Shown here: positions 39,235-48,844 of the stretch, piece by piece
Position numbering within the stretch: the first letter of the stretch is position 1
Layout of the letters: each line of letters opens with the position of its first letter
DNA from: a virus
Lineage: Duplodnaviria; Caudoviricetes
DNA: 63,975 bases
IMG/VR virus record: IMGVR_UViG_3300043411_000844
Location: 1-63,975 of that record
Direction: 5' to 3' (one strand)
Notes under the pieces: generated by a model
What the model was told of the DNA's origin: nothing
Database searches by the model: none
Seen by the model: only the letters and a program-made list of their open reading frames with translations
Made by a program: the position numbers and the translations under genes

Positions 39235-42200
39235 ATGGCAAGCAATCCCTATGTGAACGTCTCGATCTCGGGCTACAACTCTGATGCCCCGACGGATGAC
39301 GGCGCTCAAACCTCAAACAACCGCATCACCTGGGCGAAGCAGAAGACGAAGCTCGCCGATCCGCTGAAGGTCGCCATCGAGGCGATGGACGCGGCAAACG
39401 ACGATGCCTTCAACACGATCGCCAACATCCTCGTCGACTTCACGGGGGACTTCGGCTCGGGCGGCATCACCGGACTTGTGCCGGCTCCCGGCGCTGGTGA
39501 CGCGGCGAACAATCGCTTCCTGCGCGCCGACGGCACTTGGACGACGCCAGCCGGCGCGGGCTCGGTCACGAGTGTCGCGACCGGCTCCGGCCTCACCGGT
39601 GGCCCGATCACCGGCTCGGGCACGATCAGCCTTGCCAGCATCGCAAACAATACCGTTCTCGGCAACCTCTCGGGCGTGACGGCTGCGCCTGGCGCGGTGC
39701 TGCTGCCTGCCTTGCTGAATGCACTGGATGTCTTCCAGGGCGATCTCGGTTCGGGTGGCGTCAAGGGTTTGGTGCCGGCACCTGCGGCAGATGACTATGC
39801 CAAGTTCCTGCGCGGTGATGGCACCTGGGCGGCGACCGTCGACAACTACTCGGGCACCGTCACGAGCATCGCCACGGGCTCCGGCCTCACTGGCGGTACG
39901 ATCACCTCGAGCGGGACGATTTCTCTCGCCGCGATCTCGGACCAGACTCTGCTCGTCAATCTGAGCGGCGGAAGCGCCGCGCCGACGGAACACAACATCT
40001 CCGAGCTGACGCCCTACCTGAACGCCTTCGGCGGCGACTTCGGCTCTGGCGGTTCTCGCGGCCTGGTGCCGGCTCCGCTCGCCGGGGACAGCGGCAAGTA
40101 TCTTCGCGGCGACGGCACCTGGGTCACGGTCTCGGGCACGGGCACGGTCACGAGCGTCAACATCACCGCACCGGCTGCGGGCATCACGGCCTCCGGCGGG
40201 CCGGTCACGACGAGCGGCTCGATCACGCTGGCGCTGGCCGATGATCTGGCGGCGCTCGAGGGGCTTGGCTCGACGGGCTTGGCGGCGCGCACCGCGTCCA
40301 ATACCTGGGCGCAACGCACGATCACAGGCACCTCGGGCCAGATCACCGTCTCGAACGGCGACGGCGTGTCGGGCAACCCGACGCTCTCGCTGCCGGCCGA
40401 CGTGATCATTCCGACGATCATCACGGCCCCGAACAGCGGCTTGCACATCCTCGACACGGATGCGAGTCACGATCTCATCATTACGCCCGGCTCGAACCTG
40501 ACGGCCGATCGCGTGCTGACGATCACGACTGGGGATGCTCCTCGCACGCTGACGGTCACGGCTGACGCCACGATCACCCAGGATTACTCGACGAGCGGCA
40601 GCCCGCAGTTCGCCGCGATCAATCTCAACCATGCGACCGCCAACACCCTGACGGCCTCTGGCGGCCACATGACCATCGAAGGCGCGACGGTCTGGGATAG
40701 CGGCAACGACGGCGCGGCCTCTGGGCTTGATGCCGATCTGCTTGACGGCAAGAATACCGGCACGAGCGGCAACGCGGTGCCGCTGCTCGACGGCACTAAC
40801 ACTTGGAGCGGGCAGCAGACAATCTCCGTCGGCTCGGCGGCCACCACTGAGCCGCTCCGCTTGGTCAACACGACCGACAACGCCTCGGTGCAGGTCTTCC
40901 AGTTTGAAGGCGACCGCGCGACGATGGCGGCGAACGACGAGCTCTATGGTTCGTGGCTGCTCTCCGATAGCGCCGGTACTCAGACCGAGTTCGCACGCAT
41001 CACGGTCAAGGCCACGACGGTCACGGATGCGTCGGAGACAGGCCGTTTGCAGTTCGGCGTGATGACGAGCGGTTCGCTCGCCGACAAACTCTACCTAACG
41101 GACACGGCGCTCACTCCAGCGGCTAACGATGGCACGGCGCTCGGCACCACGTCGCTCGGCTTCTCCGATCTCCATCTCGCATCTGGTGGCGTGATCAATT
41201 GGGTGAACGGCGAGATCACGCTCACCGAGACCGATGCCAATACCCTGACGCTGGCGGGTGCCACGCTCGTACTCCCCGCCTCCTCTGGTCTTACAATCGG
41301 CGCGTCCAATCCGTTCTCGGACTCGGCTGGCACCTTGACGCTGCAGAACGTCGACGCGATCGACTCCTTCACCGAGTCGACGATCGAGGCGGCGATCGAC
41401 ACGCTACCGAACCTTACCTCAATCCAAGGCCGGACGGTGACGCTTGCTGATGCCGGCGCGGATCGCATCTTCGGCTGGGATGACTCGGCCGATGCCTATG
41501 TCAATCTGAGCGTGGCCGACGCGACGGCCGTGCTCAACGAGTACGTCGGCGCTTCGGCTGGAACTCCCGGCACAAAGGGTCTCGTCAACGCTGCGGCTGC
41601 CGGCGACCATGGCAAGTTCTTCCGTGGTGACGGCACGTGGCAGACGATTGGCGGCGGCGGCGACATGCTCGCCGCGAACAACCTGTCTGATCTGACGGAC
41701 GTCCCGACCGCGCGATCAAACCTTGGGCTCGGCTCCATCCTCGATACCTTCATCGGCGATGCTGGTTCGGGCGGCGGCAAGGGTCTCGTTCCTGCACCGG
41801 CCGCGGGCGATGATGGAAAGTTCCTCAAGGGCGATGGCACGTGGTCGAACCTCGCGCCGACGCTGGACATCGGAAGCACGGACACGACTCTCTCGCGTGC
41901 TTCCGCGGGTCGCCTTGCTGTGGAAGGCGCGACGCTGGGACCGACTCTTGGGACACCTGTTACCACCACATCGGGGACGACCGTCGATTTCACGAACATT
42001 CCAAGCTGGGCACGACGCATTACCATCATGTTCGTAGGCGTCAGCACGAGCGGCACATCAAACCCGCTGATCCAGATCGGCGATTCAGGCGGCATCGAAG
42101 CCACAGGCTATCTCGGCGGTGGCGGCTTCAACCAGCCGGCGAACGTGTGTTCGGCAGCGCTGTTCACGACCGGCTGGGGTATTGGCTATGGCATTGCCGC

Positions 42201-42414
42201 TAACCTCATCCACGGAGCCCTGACGCTCTATTGCGTGGACCCGTCAACATTCACATGGGTGATCTCTGGCGTGATTGCCCCGTCGAACACGGCGAGCGTC
42301 GGCATGATCGCGGGCTCCAAGAGCTTGTCCGCTGCTCTCGATCGTATTCGCATCACGTCGGTCGGCGGGACCGACACGTTCGACGCCGGCACCATCAACA
42401 TCATGTACGAATGA
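39235..42414 (+). CDS. Long tail fibre / receptor-binding protein
   Basis: G/T/S-rich, five GLVPAP...(F/Y)LRGDGTW-type repeats, SGLDADLLDG, NNLSDL motifs. Confidence 0.85.
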   Translation: MASNPYVNVSISGYNSDAPTDDGAQTSNNRITWAKQKTKLADPLKVAIEAMDAANDDAFNTIANILVDFTGDFGSGGITGLVPAPGAGDAANNRFLRADGTWTTPAGAGSVTSVATGSGLTGGPITGSGTISLASIANNTVLGNLSGVTAAPGAVLLPALLNALDVFQGDLGSGGVKGLVPAPAADDYAKFLRGDGTWAATVDNYSGTVTSIATGSGLTGGTITSSGTISLAAISDQTLLVNLSGGSAAPTEHNISELTPYLNAFGGDFGSGGSRGLVPAPLAGDSGKYLRGDGTWVTVSGTGTVTSVNITAPAAGITASGGPVTTSGSITLALADDLAALEGLGSTGLAARTASNTWAQRTITGTSGQITVSNGDGVSGNPTLSLPADVIIPTIITAPNSGLHILDTDASHDLIITPGSNLTADRVLTITTGDAPRTLTVTADATITQDYSTSGSPQFAAINLNHATANTLTASGGHMTIEGATVWDSGNDGAASGLDADLLDGKNTGTSGNAVPLLDGTNTWSGQQTISVGSAATTEPLRLVNTTDNASVQVFQFEGDRATMAANDELYGSWLLSDSAGTQTEFARITVKATTVTDASETGRLQFGVMTSGSLADKLYLTDTALTPAANDGTALGTTSLGFSDLHLASGGVINWVNGEITLTETDANTLTLAGATLVLPASSGLTIGASNPFSDSAGTLTLQNVDAIDSFTESTIEAAIDTLPNLTSIQGRTVTLADAGADRIFGWDDSADAYVNLSVADATAVLNEYVGASAGTPGTKGLVNAAAAGDHGKFFRGDGTWQTIGGGGDMLAANNLSDLTDVPTARSNLGLGSILDTFIGDAGSGGGKGLVPAPAAGDDGKFLKGDGTWSNLAPTLDIGSTDTTLSRASAGRLAVEGATLGPTLGTPVTTTSGTTVDFTNIPSWARRITIMFVGVSTSGTSNPLIQIGDSGGIEATGYLGGGGFNQPANVCSAALFTTGWGIGYGIAANLIHGALTLYCVDPSTFTWVISGVIAPSNTASVGMIAGSKSLSAALDRIRITSVGGTDTFDAGTINIMYE

Positions 42415-42422
42415 GGCGCACT

Positions 42423-43217
42423 ATGAAATTCTTCTATGACATCTGGTCCTGGCTCTGCTCTCTGATCCTCATCCGCGAGGAGCCTGAGACGAAGCCAGTC
42501 GAGAAGCCCAAGGCCGAGCCCAAGGTCTCGGTCCCGAGCGTGCCGAAAGAGCCGAAGTGGCTGGCGCTTGCCCGTGCCGAGCTCGGCGTCAAGGAAGGCG
42601 CCGGCACGAAGAACAACCCGCGCGTGCTGAAGTATTACGCTGACGCTGGGCATCCTGAGATCGCCCATGACGACATCGCCTGGTGCGCGGCCTTCGTCGG
42701 GGCGATGCTCGAGCGCTCGGGCGTGCCTTCCAGCAAGGGCCTCGCTGCCCGCGGCTATCTCACCTGGGGCAAGGAGGTAACGAAGCCCTATCCCGGCTGT
42801 GTCGCCGTGTTCAAGCGCGGCACCGGCTGGCAGGGGCATGTCGGCTTCTACGTCGGGGAAGGCGAGAAGGGCATCAAGCTCCTCGGCGGCAATCAGGGCG
42901 ATGCGGTCTCCGTCATCACCATGAAGAAGACGGATCTGCTCGGCTATTGCGAGCCGGTGACGATCGCGAACAGTCGCACCATGCGCGCCGGCGGGGCCGC
43001 CATCGGCCTCACCGGAGCCGTGGCGCTGGCCGAGCCCGTCTCCAAGGGCGTCGAGTGGCTAGGTGGCGTGCCGATCGCGCTTGAGTGGCTTGGCAAGGTG
43101 CCGTGGTTGTTGGACGCCGCACCCTATCTCAAGTCGGTCGCGGGAATCCTCGGGCTTTTCATGATCGGCTCGATCCTGATCTGGCGCACGCAGGACTGGA
43201 AGGAGAAGGGGAAATGA
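42423..43217 (+). CDS. TIGR02594-like (NlpC/P60-type) endolysin with C-terminal hydrophobic helices
   Basis: PKWLALARAELG...DDIAWCAAFVG...GHVGF...LLGGNQGDAV. Confidence 0.85.
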   Translation: MKFFYDIWSWLCSLILIREEPETKPVEKPKAEPKVSVPSVPKEPKWLALARAELGVKEGAGTKNNPRVLKYYADAGHPEIAHDDIAWCAAFVGAMLERSGVPSSKGLAARGYLTWGKEVTKPYPGCVAVFKRGTGWQGHVGFYVGEGEKGIKLLGGNQGDAVSVITMKKTDLLGYCEPVTIANSRTMRAGGAAIGLTGAVALAEPVSKGVEWLGGVPIALEWLGKVPWLLDAAPYLKSVAGILGLFMIGSILIWRTQDWKEKGK

Positions 43218-43702
43218 TGAAGCTCCTCCTCCTCATCGCGAGTGCCGTCGGCATGATCTCCCGATTCCTGCCAGGCGGCCTGATCGCACGGCTGGCACTC
43301 GGGCTCGTAAACCATTGGCGAGTTGCTCTGCTCGTCGTCGCCGTTATTGGCATCTTCGGGCTTGGCGCTCGCGCCGGCTACCTCGGCGGCTACACGCGCG
43401 GGGTCAACGCGGGGTTTGAACAGGGAGTCGCACATCATGAAAGACTCGTTGCAGAGGAGAACGCCAAGCGAGCGGCGCTCGCTGTGGAAGCCGAGAAAGT
43501 CGTCGAGGCTGAGACTAATGCAGCTCGCAAGGCTGAGCCCACTGTTCGCGCTGCTAAGCTACGGCTGTGTCGGGTCGATGCCAATTGCCGGGACCGCTTG
43601 CGGAAGCCTCGGAAAGCAAGAAAGCTGGTCCCCAAACGACAGTTGGCAGACGATCAAGGAAGTGAGAGCGGGGAACGCGCGCCGGTCGGGCTACTGCGGT
43701 AA
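43214..43702 (+). CDS. Inner-membrane spanin (Rz-like)
   Basis: N-terminal TM then coiled coil, after the endolysin. Confidence 0.7.
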   Translation: MMKLLLLIASAVGMISRFLPGGLIARLALGLVNHWRVALLVVAVIGIFGLGARAGYLGGYTRGVNAGFEQGVAHHERLVAEENAKRAALAVEAEKVVEAETNAARKAEPTVRAAKLRLCRVDANCRDRLRKPRKARKLVPKRQLADDQGSESGERAPVGLLR

Positions 43703-43709
43703 GGGATGA
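43518..43709 (+). CDS. Outer-membrane spanin lipoprotein (Rz1-like), overlapped in Rz
   Basis: MQLARLSPLFALLSYGC lipoprotein-like signal in an alternative frame; C...WS.ND..QTI..V..N....C. Confidence 0.65.
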   Translation: MQLARLSPLFALLSYGCVGSMPIAGTACGSLGKQESWSPNDSWQTIKEVRAGNARRSGYCGKG

Positions 43710-43746
43710 ACGGCAATGATCGACGACGATATTCTGGAGCCAGACT

Positions 43747-44091
43747 ATGGACCGACTTGGCGAGCGGGTCGCCGCGATAGAGCAGGAACTGCGCATGCGT
43801 GGCCCGAAGCACGAGGAGATCGAGCGGACGATGCACAGTCTCACTCGGCAAATGGATCGAGTGCTGCTGTTGGGTACGCAAGCCTTGCAAGAGATCGGCA
43901 CGCTTTCGGAGGGCCTCGAGACGTTGCGATTGGATTTCACGAAACACGCCGGCCGGTCGATCATCCAGATCGTGCGCGAGCGGTGGCTCGAACTGCTTCC
44001 CTGGATCGGATCGGCCGGGATCGTGCTCGTGCTCTACCCGGATCTGGCCTTCAACATCGGCGTGAAGCTCATCGGGGGCCTGGCCGACTAG
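43747..44091 (+). CDS. Coiled-coil membrane protein, possible holin/antiholin
   Basis: Coiled coil followed by a C-terminal TM, in the lysis cassette. Confidence 0.5.
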   Translation: MDRLGERVAAIEQELRMRGPKHEEIERTMHSLTRQMDRVLLLGTQALQEIGTLSEGLETLRLDFTKHAGRSIIQIVRERWLELLPWIGSAGIVLVLYPDLAFNIGVKLIGGLAD

Positions 44092-44161
44092 CCCTGATCG
44101 GGGCGTCCTGGGGCCTGTTCACGGCGCTATTGCTGTTCGCCCTGATCGACAAGTTCACCTG

Positions 44162-45070
44162 ATGCCGAAGCTCTGGCAACAAGCTCCTATGCCAGTGTCA
44201 GGCATGAAGGCGGATGCCGTCTCTCCCTATCGCGGCTCGGACTTTGTGACCTTCAATGAGGAGGCGATTTGGCCAGTCGCCTCGCGCGAGCTTGGGCAGT
44301 GGCATTTCCTGTGGGCAAACCGGGCGATGGGTGGCTGGAATGACAAGCCCAACAGTCCCTACGTGACGGTCAATGGCCGGCGCTATGGATGGTCCTACAC
44401 GACGGTCACGCTTGCAAACATCGCAACGCTCGTCCAGGCTCGAGCAGCCTATGTGAGCATGATTGCAGCGCGAGACCTAGCCGCCCGGTACGGGCTTCGC
44501 GTGGTGGCGCACGGCGACACGGCGGAACTCTCTCGGCTCGCCTCTGCGGCAATCGTCGTCGACGGCATGCTCTCCTATCGCAACGTCGTCTACTGTCCTC
44601 CGTATATCGGTTATCATATCGACGGCGTTATCGTCGACTACGAATGCCAGGATGGCCGGACGACAGCGGCGACGAGAAACTTTCTCGCGCGGCTTTGCAA
44701 TGACGTTCCTACTTCTCAGGTCTATCTCTACACCAATCCGATCGACTCACGTGGTTACAAAGAGTCCGGCCTCTCCGGCAACGAGCGCTATCACTACGAT
44801 CTGTTTGCCGGGGTGCCGATCCATGCCTTTGCTGCAGACCGGCCGAAGGTCGCAGCATCACTGCTTGACTCTGTTCGGGCCTGGGGTGGAAACCGCAAGT
44901 GCTACGTGATCTACGAGCTTGGTGTGAATCGGCCTGCCGATGCGGGAGCGGTTCGGAAGTTCGTAGGTGACAGGGGATTGCTCGGAGTTCACATCTGGCG
45001 GAACGGCGCGGATGTGGACACGGTTGAGAACTTGAGAGAGGTCGGGATCTTCGCGAACGCCTGGCTTTGA
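44162..45070 (+). CDS. Putative glycoside hydrolase-like TIM barrel
   Basis: HIDGVIVDYE and GLLGVHIW resemble GH18 beta4 and beta8 motifs. Confidence 0.5.
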   Translation: MPKLWQQAPMPVSGMKADAVSPYRGSDFVTFNEEAIWPVASRELGQWHFLWANRAMGGWNDKPNSPYVTVNGRRYGWSYTTVTLANIATLVQARAAYVSMIAARDLAARYGLRVVAHGDTAELSRLASAAIVVDGMLSYRNVVYCPPYIGYHIDGVIVDYECQDGRTTAATRNFLARLCNDVPTSQVYLYTNPIDSRGYKESGLSGNERYHYDLFAGVPIHAFAADRPKVAASLLDSVRAWGGNRKCYVIYELGVNRPADAGAVRKFVGDRGLLGVHIWRNGADVDTVENLREVGIFANAWL

Positions 45071-45100
45071 CCGGTCTTTCCCTGAGAAAATTCTGCGTCG

Positions 45101-45694
45101 TTGTCACCATATCTAAACCTTTGCGCTTGCGCTGTCAAGAAACCCATGCTAGATTTCCGGAAATTTTTGCAGATGGGTTTATTGGAAATGCGCCGCCGGG
45201 CGTTCGCCAGAACAGCAAGCCAAGCTGACGAGCTAAGGCAACGAGGCTACGACGTGATCTATGAGGCGACAGAGCTTCGCGACTTCCTCAAGGCCATGCG
45301 GCCGGGCGAAGTCTACGGCGTGGACACGCTCGCGGCCTTCGCCGACGCCAAGATCAAATCGACGCCCAAACGGCGGCGATCCCTTTGGGAAGCTCTCAAC
45401 GCCGTTCCGGCCGGTGCCGTGATTGAGGACGGCAAGGGCCGCCGCTCTGATAGAGACTGCGTGGCGATGATCTCCGAAGCGGTCGAGGATGTCACTCAGT
45501 CGCGCAAGGCCGACGCTGCTCGCCGCAATGGCGAAAAGAGCAAGGGCCGTCCCAAGTCGAAGTTGCGCAAGCAGATCGAGGCGGTGCGGCCGATATGGGA
45601 GTCGCGCAAGTACACGCCAGAGGAAGCAGTCAAGCGAATGCCCGAGGGCTGGACGGTGCGCAAGGCGTACTGGCTGCTCGGGCCTAGAGGATGA
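45101..45694 (+). CDS. Hypothetical protein, degenerate serine-resolvase-like (start uncertain)
   Basis: FLKAMRPGEVYGVDTL and ARRNGEKSKGRPK resemble resolvase segments; catalytic motifs not visible. Confidence 0.45.
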   Translation: MSPYLNLCACAVKKPMLDFRKFLQMGLLEMRRRAFARTASQADELRQRGYDVIYEATELRDFLKAMRPGEVYGVDTLAAFADAKIKSTPKRRRSLWEALNAVPAGAVIEDGKGRRSDRDCVAMISEAVEDVTQSRKADAARRNGEKSKGRPKSKLRKQIEAVRPIWESRKYTPEEAVKRMPEGWTVRKAYWLLGPRG

Positions 45695-45705
45695 GGAGAC
45701 GTTAG

Positions 45706-45924
45706 ATGTGTGGGCCTGTCGGCTACGTCGTGAATTTTCCCCCGCGCCAAGCTCTGCCGGACGGCTACGAGGTTTGGGGCGAGTGGGGCGAGATCAGGAA
45801 TGGTGAGACCGGCATCGGCGCTTATTGTTGGGTGCGCGGTAACTACGAGGTCATCAGCGATCCGTTCGCTACTCGATGGGAAGCGCGACGCGATGCCATC
45901 CGGCACGCTGCGGCTCAAAACTGA
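45706..45924 (+). CDS. Small hypothetical protein
   Basis: GAGGAG RBS. Confidence 0.5.
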   Translation: MCGPVGYVVNFPPRQALPDGYEVWGEWGEIRNGETGIGAYCWVRGNYEVISDPFATRWEARRDAIRHAAAQN

Positions 45925-45935
45925 GGAGACGGATA

Positions 45936-46358
45936 TTGGCCATCGAGACCTACGCCAAAGGCACAAAGGTTCCGGTCCAGAAGACCCGGATGGAAATCGA
46001 GCAAACCCTGATTCGCTACAAGGCGAAGGCCACCGCATTCTTCAACAAGGAGACGGAGGCCGCTGTCGCTTTCGAGATGGCTGAGAGGCGCATCATGTTT
46101 CGCATCATCTTGCCCGGAGGCGACAGCGCGAAGGCCGAGCGTGGGCGTCGTGAGAGGTGGCGCGCGCTGCTACTGTCGATCAAGGCGAAGCTGGTTAGTG
46201 TAGAGAGCGGCATTGAGACTTTCGAGGATGCGTTCATGGCACACGTTGTTATGCCAGACGGTTCGACAGTGGCAGATCACGTTCGGCCCAGGATCGCATC
46301 GGCGTACAAAGAGGGCAAAATGCTTCCACTTCTGCCGGGACCGGCGACTAAGCAATAA
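45936..46358 (+). CDS. Phage hypothetical protein
   Basis: GAGGAG RBS; RWRALLLSIKAKL...FEDAFMAHVVMPDG. Confidence 0.65.
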   Translation: MAIETYAKGTKVPVQKTRMEIEQTLIRYKAKATAFFNKETEAAVAFEMAERRIMFRIILPGGDSAKAERGRRERWRALLLSIKAKLVSVESGIETFEDAFMAHVVMPDGSTVADHVRPRIASAYKEGKMLPLLPGPATKQ

Positions 46359-46363
46359 AAGGA

Positions 46364-46630
46364 TTGTCGACGATGCGGATCGCAATCAAATTCGATGAGG
46401 ACGGCACATTCGAGGTTGCGACCGATGAGCCGTGCGAGGTCTACACGATCAGCGACCACACTCCCGGAGATCGGGTCTATCAGCTCGGGCCCGCGCATCA
46501 GGTTGGCTCGCATGTTGTCGACGAGTGGCTTGGTGATGATGCGATCGGTCACGCAGGCGATGACAAACATGCATCCGCGATCGAGGCGATAGACATCGAC
46601 GAACCGACTGCGCGGCAGACGAAGCACTAG
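46364..46630 (+). CDS. Hypothetical protein
   Basis: Co-oriented ORF with RBS. Confidence 0.5.
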   Translation: MSTMRIAIKFDEDGTFEVATDEPCEVYTISDHTPGDRVYQLGPAHQVGSHVVDEWLGDDAIGHAGDDKHASAIEAIDIDEPTARQTKH

Positions 46631-46640
46631 GAGCCCCACG

Positions 46641-46871
46641 ATGCGGATGAATATGCTCTACCGTCAGTTGCGCAAACAGCATAGAGATCAAGGTATCACT
46701 CCGGCGTTGCTGGCGGCGTATCGCTCCTACATTGAGATAATGCAGGAAGCTGAGCAATGGCATGAGACGTTCGACGGTGAGTGGTATCTGAACGGGCTAC
46801 GTCACCCGCCCGGCGAATACGTCATAACGAGAGTTGGTCCGGCGGTCGAAAAATCCGACCCGCAATTCTAG
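46641..46871 (+). CDS. Hypothetical protein
   Basis: AGGAG RBS. Confidence 0.5.
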   Translation: MRMNMLYRQLRKQHRDQGITPALLAAYRSYIEIMQEAEQWHETFDGEWYLNGLRHPPGEYVITRVGPAVEKSDPQF

Positions 46872-46889
46872 AAGGAAGGGAGAACAACG

Positions 46890-47342
46890 TTGATCTTGAG
46901 CGGACAGTCCATTCGGAAGCGTTGCATCATCACGCCATTCCACGAACGCACGCGCCAGCTAGGCATGACGTATGGTCTTGGCCCGGCAGGCTATGACGTG
47001 AGGATCGCCGAGGAGATCGTGATCCCGCGCGGTGGAGCCCGGCTAGCCTCGACGCTTGAACATTTTGACATGCCCAACGATCTGCTGGCGCGCGTTGCTG
47101 ACAAGAGCACATGGGCGCGCAGGTTTGTCGCCGTGCAGAACACAATCATCGAGCCGGGCTGGCGGGGCTATCTCACGCTCGAAATCTCCAACCACAGCGA
47201 CAGCCACGTCCGCATTGTGGAGGGGTCTCCGATCGCTCAGATCATCTTCGATCTTTTGGACGAGCCCGCCGAGCGGCCCTACGACGGAAAGTATCAGGAT
47301 CAGCCGCGCGGGGCTGTGGCCGCGATCCACGAAGAAGCATAG
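46890..47342 (+). CDS. dcd: dCTP deaminase / dUTPase family
   Basis: GYDVRI, DKSTWAR, IEPGWRGYLTLEI, IAQIIF, YDGKYQDQ. Confidence 0.9.
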   Translation: MILSGQSIRKRCIITPFHERTRQLGMTYGLGPAGYDVRIAEEIVIPRGGARLASTLEHFDMPNDLLARVADKSTWARRFVAVQNTIIEPGWRGYLTLEISNHSDSHVRIVEGSPIAQIIFDLLDEPAERPYDGKYQDQPRGAVAAIHEEA

Positions 47343-47353
47343 GGAGGCGCATC

Positions 47354-47707
47354 GTGAAGGAGCCATGGGAGCCCGCCGAAGTGTTCTGCCTCGCCGAACA
47401 CCTCTACGAGGAGATGCAGTCGCGCGGGTGGACGACTGAGGATGTCGCGGTGCGGATGCAGACTCCGAACGGTGCGGCGATGGACCTGTTCTGCCTTGAT
47501 CTGCTGATGGCAGTGCAGGACGACGGGTTGATTGTCGACAACGAAATGTTCGATGGGCTCAGCCGTGCTTTCGGCGCAAGCCCGCAGATGTTCCGCAACA
47601 TTCACGAGGGTTGGGTAAAGCGTCCTGAGCGCCGCTCGCCGTTCGAGTGTCCTGATGATGCGTTCGGGCCAACGAGCAGGCGCGGCATGATTCGTGTCGT
47701 TAAATAG
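47354..47707 (+). CDS. HigA-like HTH protein
   Basis: EHLYEEMQSRGWTTEDVA...LSRAFGASPQMFRN. Confidence 0.6.
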   Translation: MKEPWEPAEVFCLAEHLYEEMQSRGWTTEDVAVRMQTPNGAAMDLFCLDLLMAVQDDGLIVDNEMFDGLSRAFGASPQMFRNIHEGWVKRPERRSPFECPDDAFGPTSRRGMIRVVK

Positions 47708-47719
47708 GGGAGCAGTCAG

Positions 47720-47974
47720 ATGAAAATGACGCATGACGAAATGTTGCGAGTGCTCGACGACTACATCGCTCCGCGCCTCGATCAGATTGGCGCAGTGTTC
47801 CTCGACCCGGAAGCGAAGGTGACGCTGATCGTCCGAACGCCATCAGCGCCTAACGGCGAGCTGATGGTGACGAGCGATGAGATCTCGGAGATCCGCAACG
47901 TGCTCGACCGGCGCGAAGCCGCTGGTGAAACGCGCAAGCGGGGCGACGCGATCGACATTCGGCATGTGATCTGA
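47720..47974 (+). CDS. Hypothetical protein
   Basis: GGGAG RBS. Confidence 0.55.
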   Translation: MKMTHDEMLRVLDDYIAPRLDQIGAVFLDPEAKVTLIVRTPSAPNGELMVTSDEISEIRNVLDRREAAGETRKRGDAIDIRHVI

Positions 47975-48153
47975 AGGAACGGAGGCCGACGTTGAAGAAG
48001 TCGGAGCGATCACAGAAGGAAGCTGCGGCCCGCGCGATCGATCCTGCGGCGTGGTGTCCGCCTGATACGTCGGAGAAGCAGGCGCGGAGACTGGCTGCCC
48101 GAGACGAAGCCGTGAAGCGGCGCTCAGTCAAATCGAAATAGAGGAGGCGCATC

Positions 48154-48417
48154 ATGAAGCTGTTCAAGTTCGCGTCTAGCGAAAGCGACTGGATCGCGGC
48201 AGACACGCAAGAGCATGCAGTCGAGATCTATATGCGCGACTACGGACTAGCCGCGAGTGACATGCAGGACGTCGAAGTCTCTGAGGTGGACCCGAACGAA
48301 GTCGAGGTCTTCCCCGATGGATGGGACTACGAGGACGACGAAGCCGAGCCACCGTCTGCCGCTGAGATCATGGAGACGATGAAGTGCCCCGGTCTCGTCT
48401 GCTCGACTAACAACTGA
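48154..48417 (+). CDS. Acidic hypothetical protein
   Basis: GAGGAGG RBS; very D/E-rich. Confidence 0.6.
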   Translation: MKLFKFASSESDWIAADTQEHAVEIYMRDYGLAASDMQDVEVSEVDPNEVEVFPDGWDYEDDEAEPPSAAEIMETMKCPGLVCSTNN

Positions 48418-48432
48418 AGGAGGCATTTGTGA

Positions 48433-48672
48433 ATGGGGCAGGGCTGGCGGATTGGAGCCATTGAGCGGTTCGAGCTTCGGGAGCAAGTGCTGCTCCGAGA
48501 CGGCCCGTGGTGCCATTGGTGCGGCAGGATCACATCGGAGGCTAGAGTGAGGGGAAACGAAGATCCGAACTCGATGACGCTGGATCACTTGCTACGCCGT
48601 CGCGACGGCGGGTCTGACGACATATGCAATTTGGTGATCAGTTGTTGGGGCTGCAATCACGGAAGAAACTAA
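48433..48672 (+). CDS. Small HNH endonuclease
   Basis: RDGPWCHWCG...TLDH...GG...NLVISCWGCN. Confidence 0.85.
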   Translation: MGQGWRIGAIERFELREQVLLRDGPWCHWCGRITSEARVRGNEDPNSMTLDHLLRRRDGGSDDICNLVISCWGCNHGRN

Positions 48673-48844
48673 AGGAGTGCAAAGATGAAAGAGATCAGCA
48701 TCCGCGAGCGTCTGGTCTATGAATTGGTCGCGTTCGAGCAACTTGAAAGCAGCGACGGTCAAGTCTCAGCGTCGATGAGCACAGTCGGTCAATACGACAC
48801 GCTCGACAAGGCGCGGCAGGTCAAGGCGGCTTTGGAGAAATCCG

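Noticed and set aside
12758-40668. Many long minus-strand ORFs opposite the late genes (e.g. 12758-14074, 20105-21505, 31443-33020, 39313-40668)
   Set aside because: Shadow frames typical of high-GC coding DNA, with no motifs and full overlap with well-supported genes
39235-42414. Tail-fibre repeats as a diversity-generating retroelement or invertible shufflon
   Set aside because: No reverse transcriptase, no adenine-specific TR/VR pair, no inverted cassettes or active invertase seen
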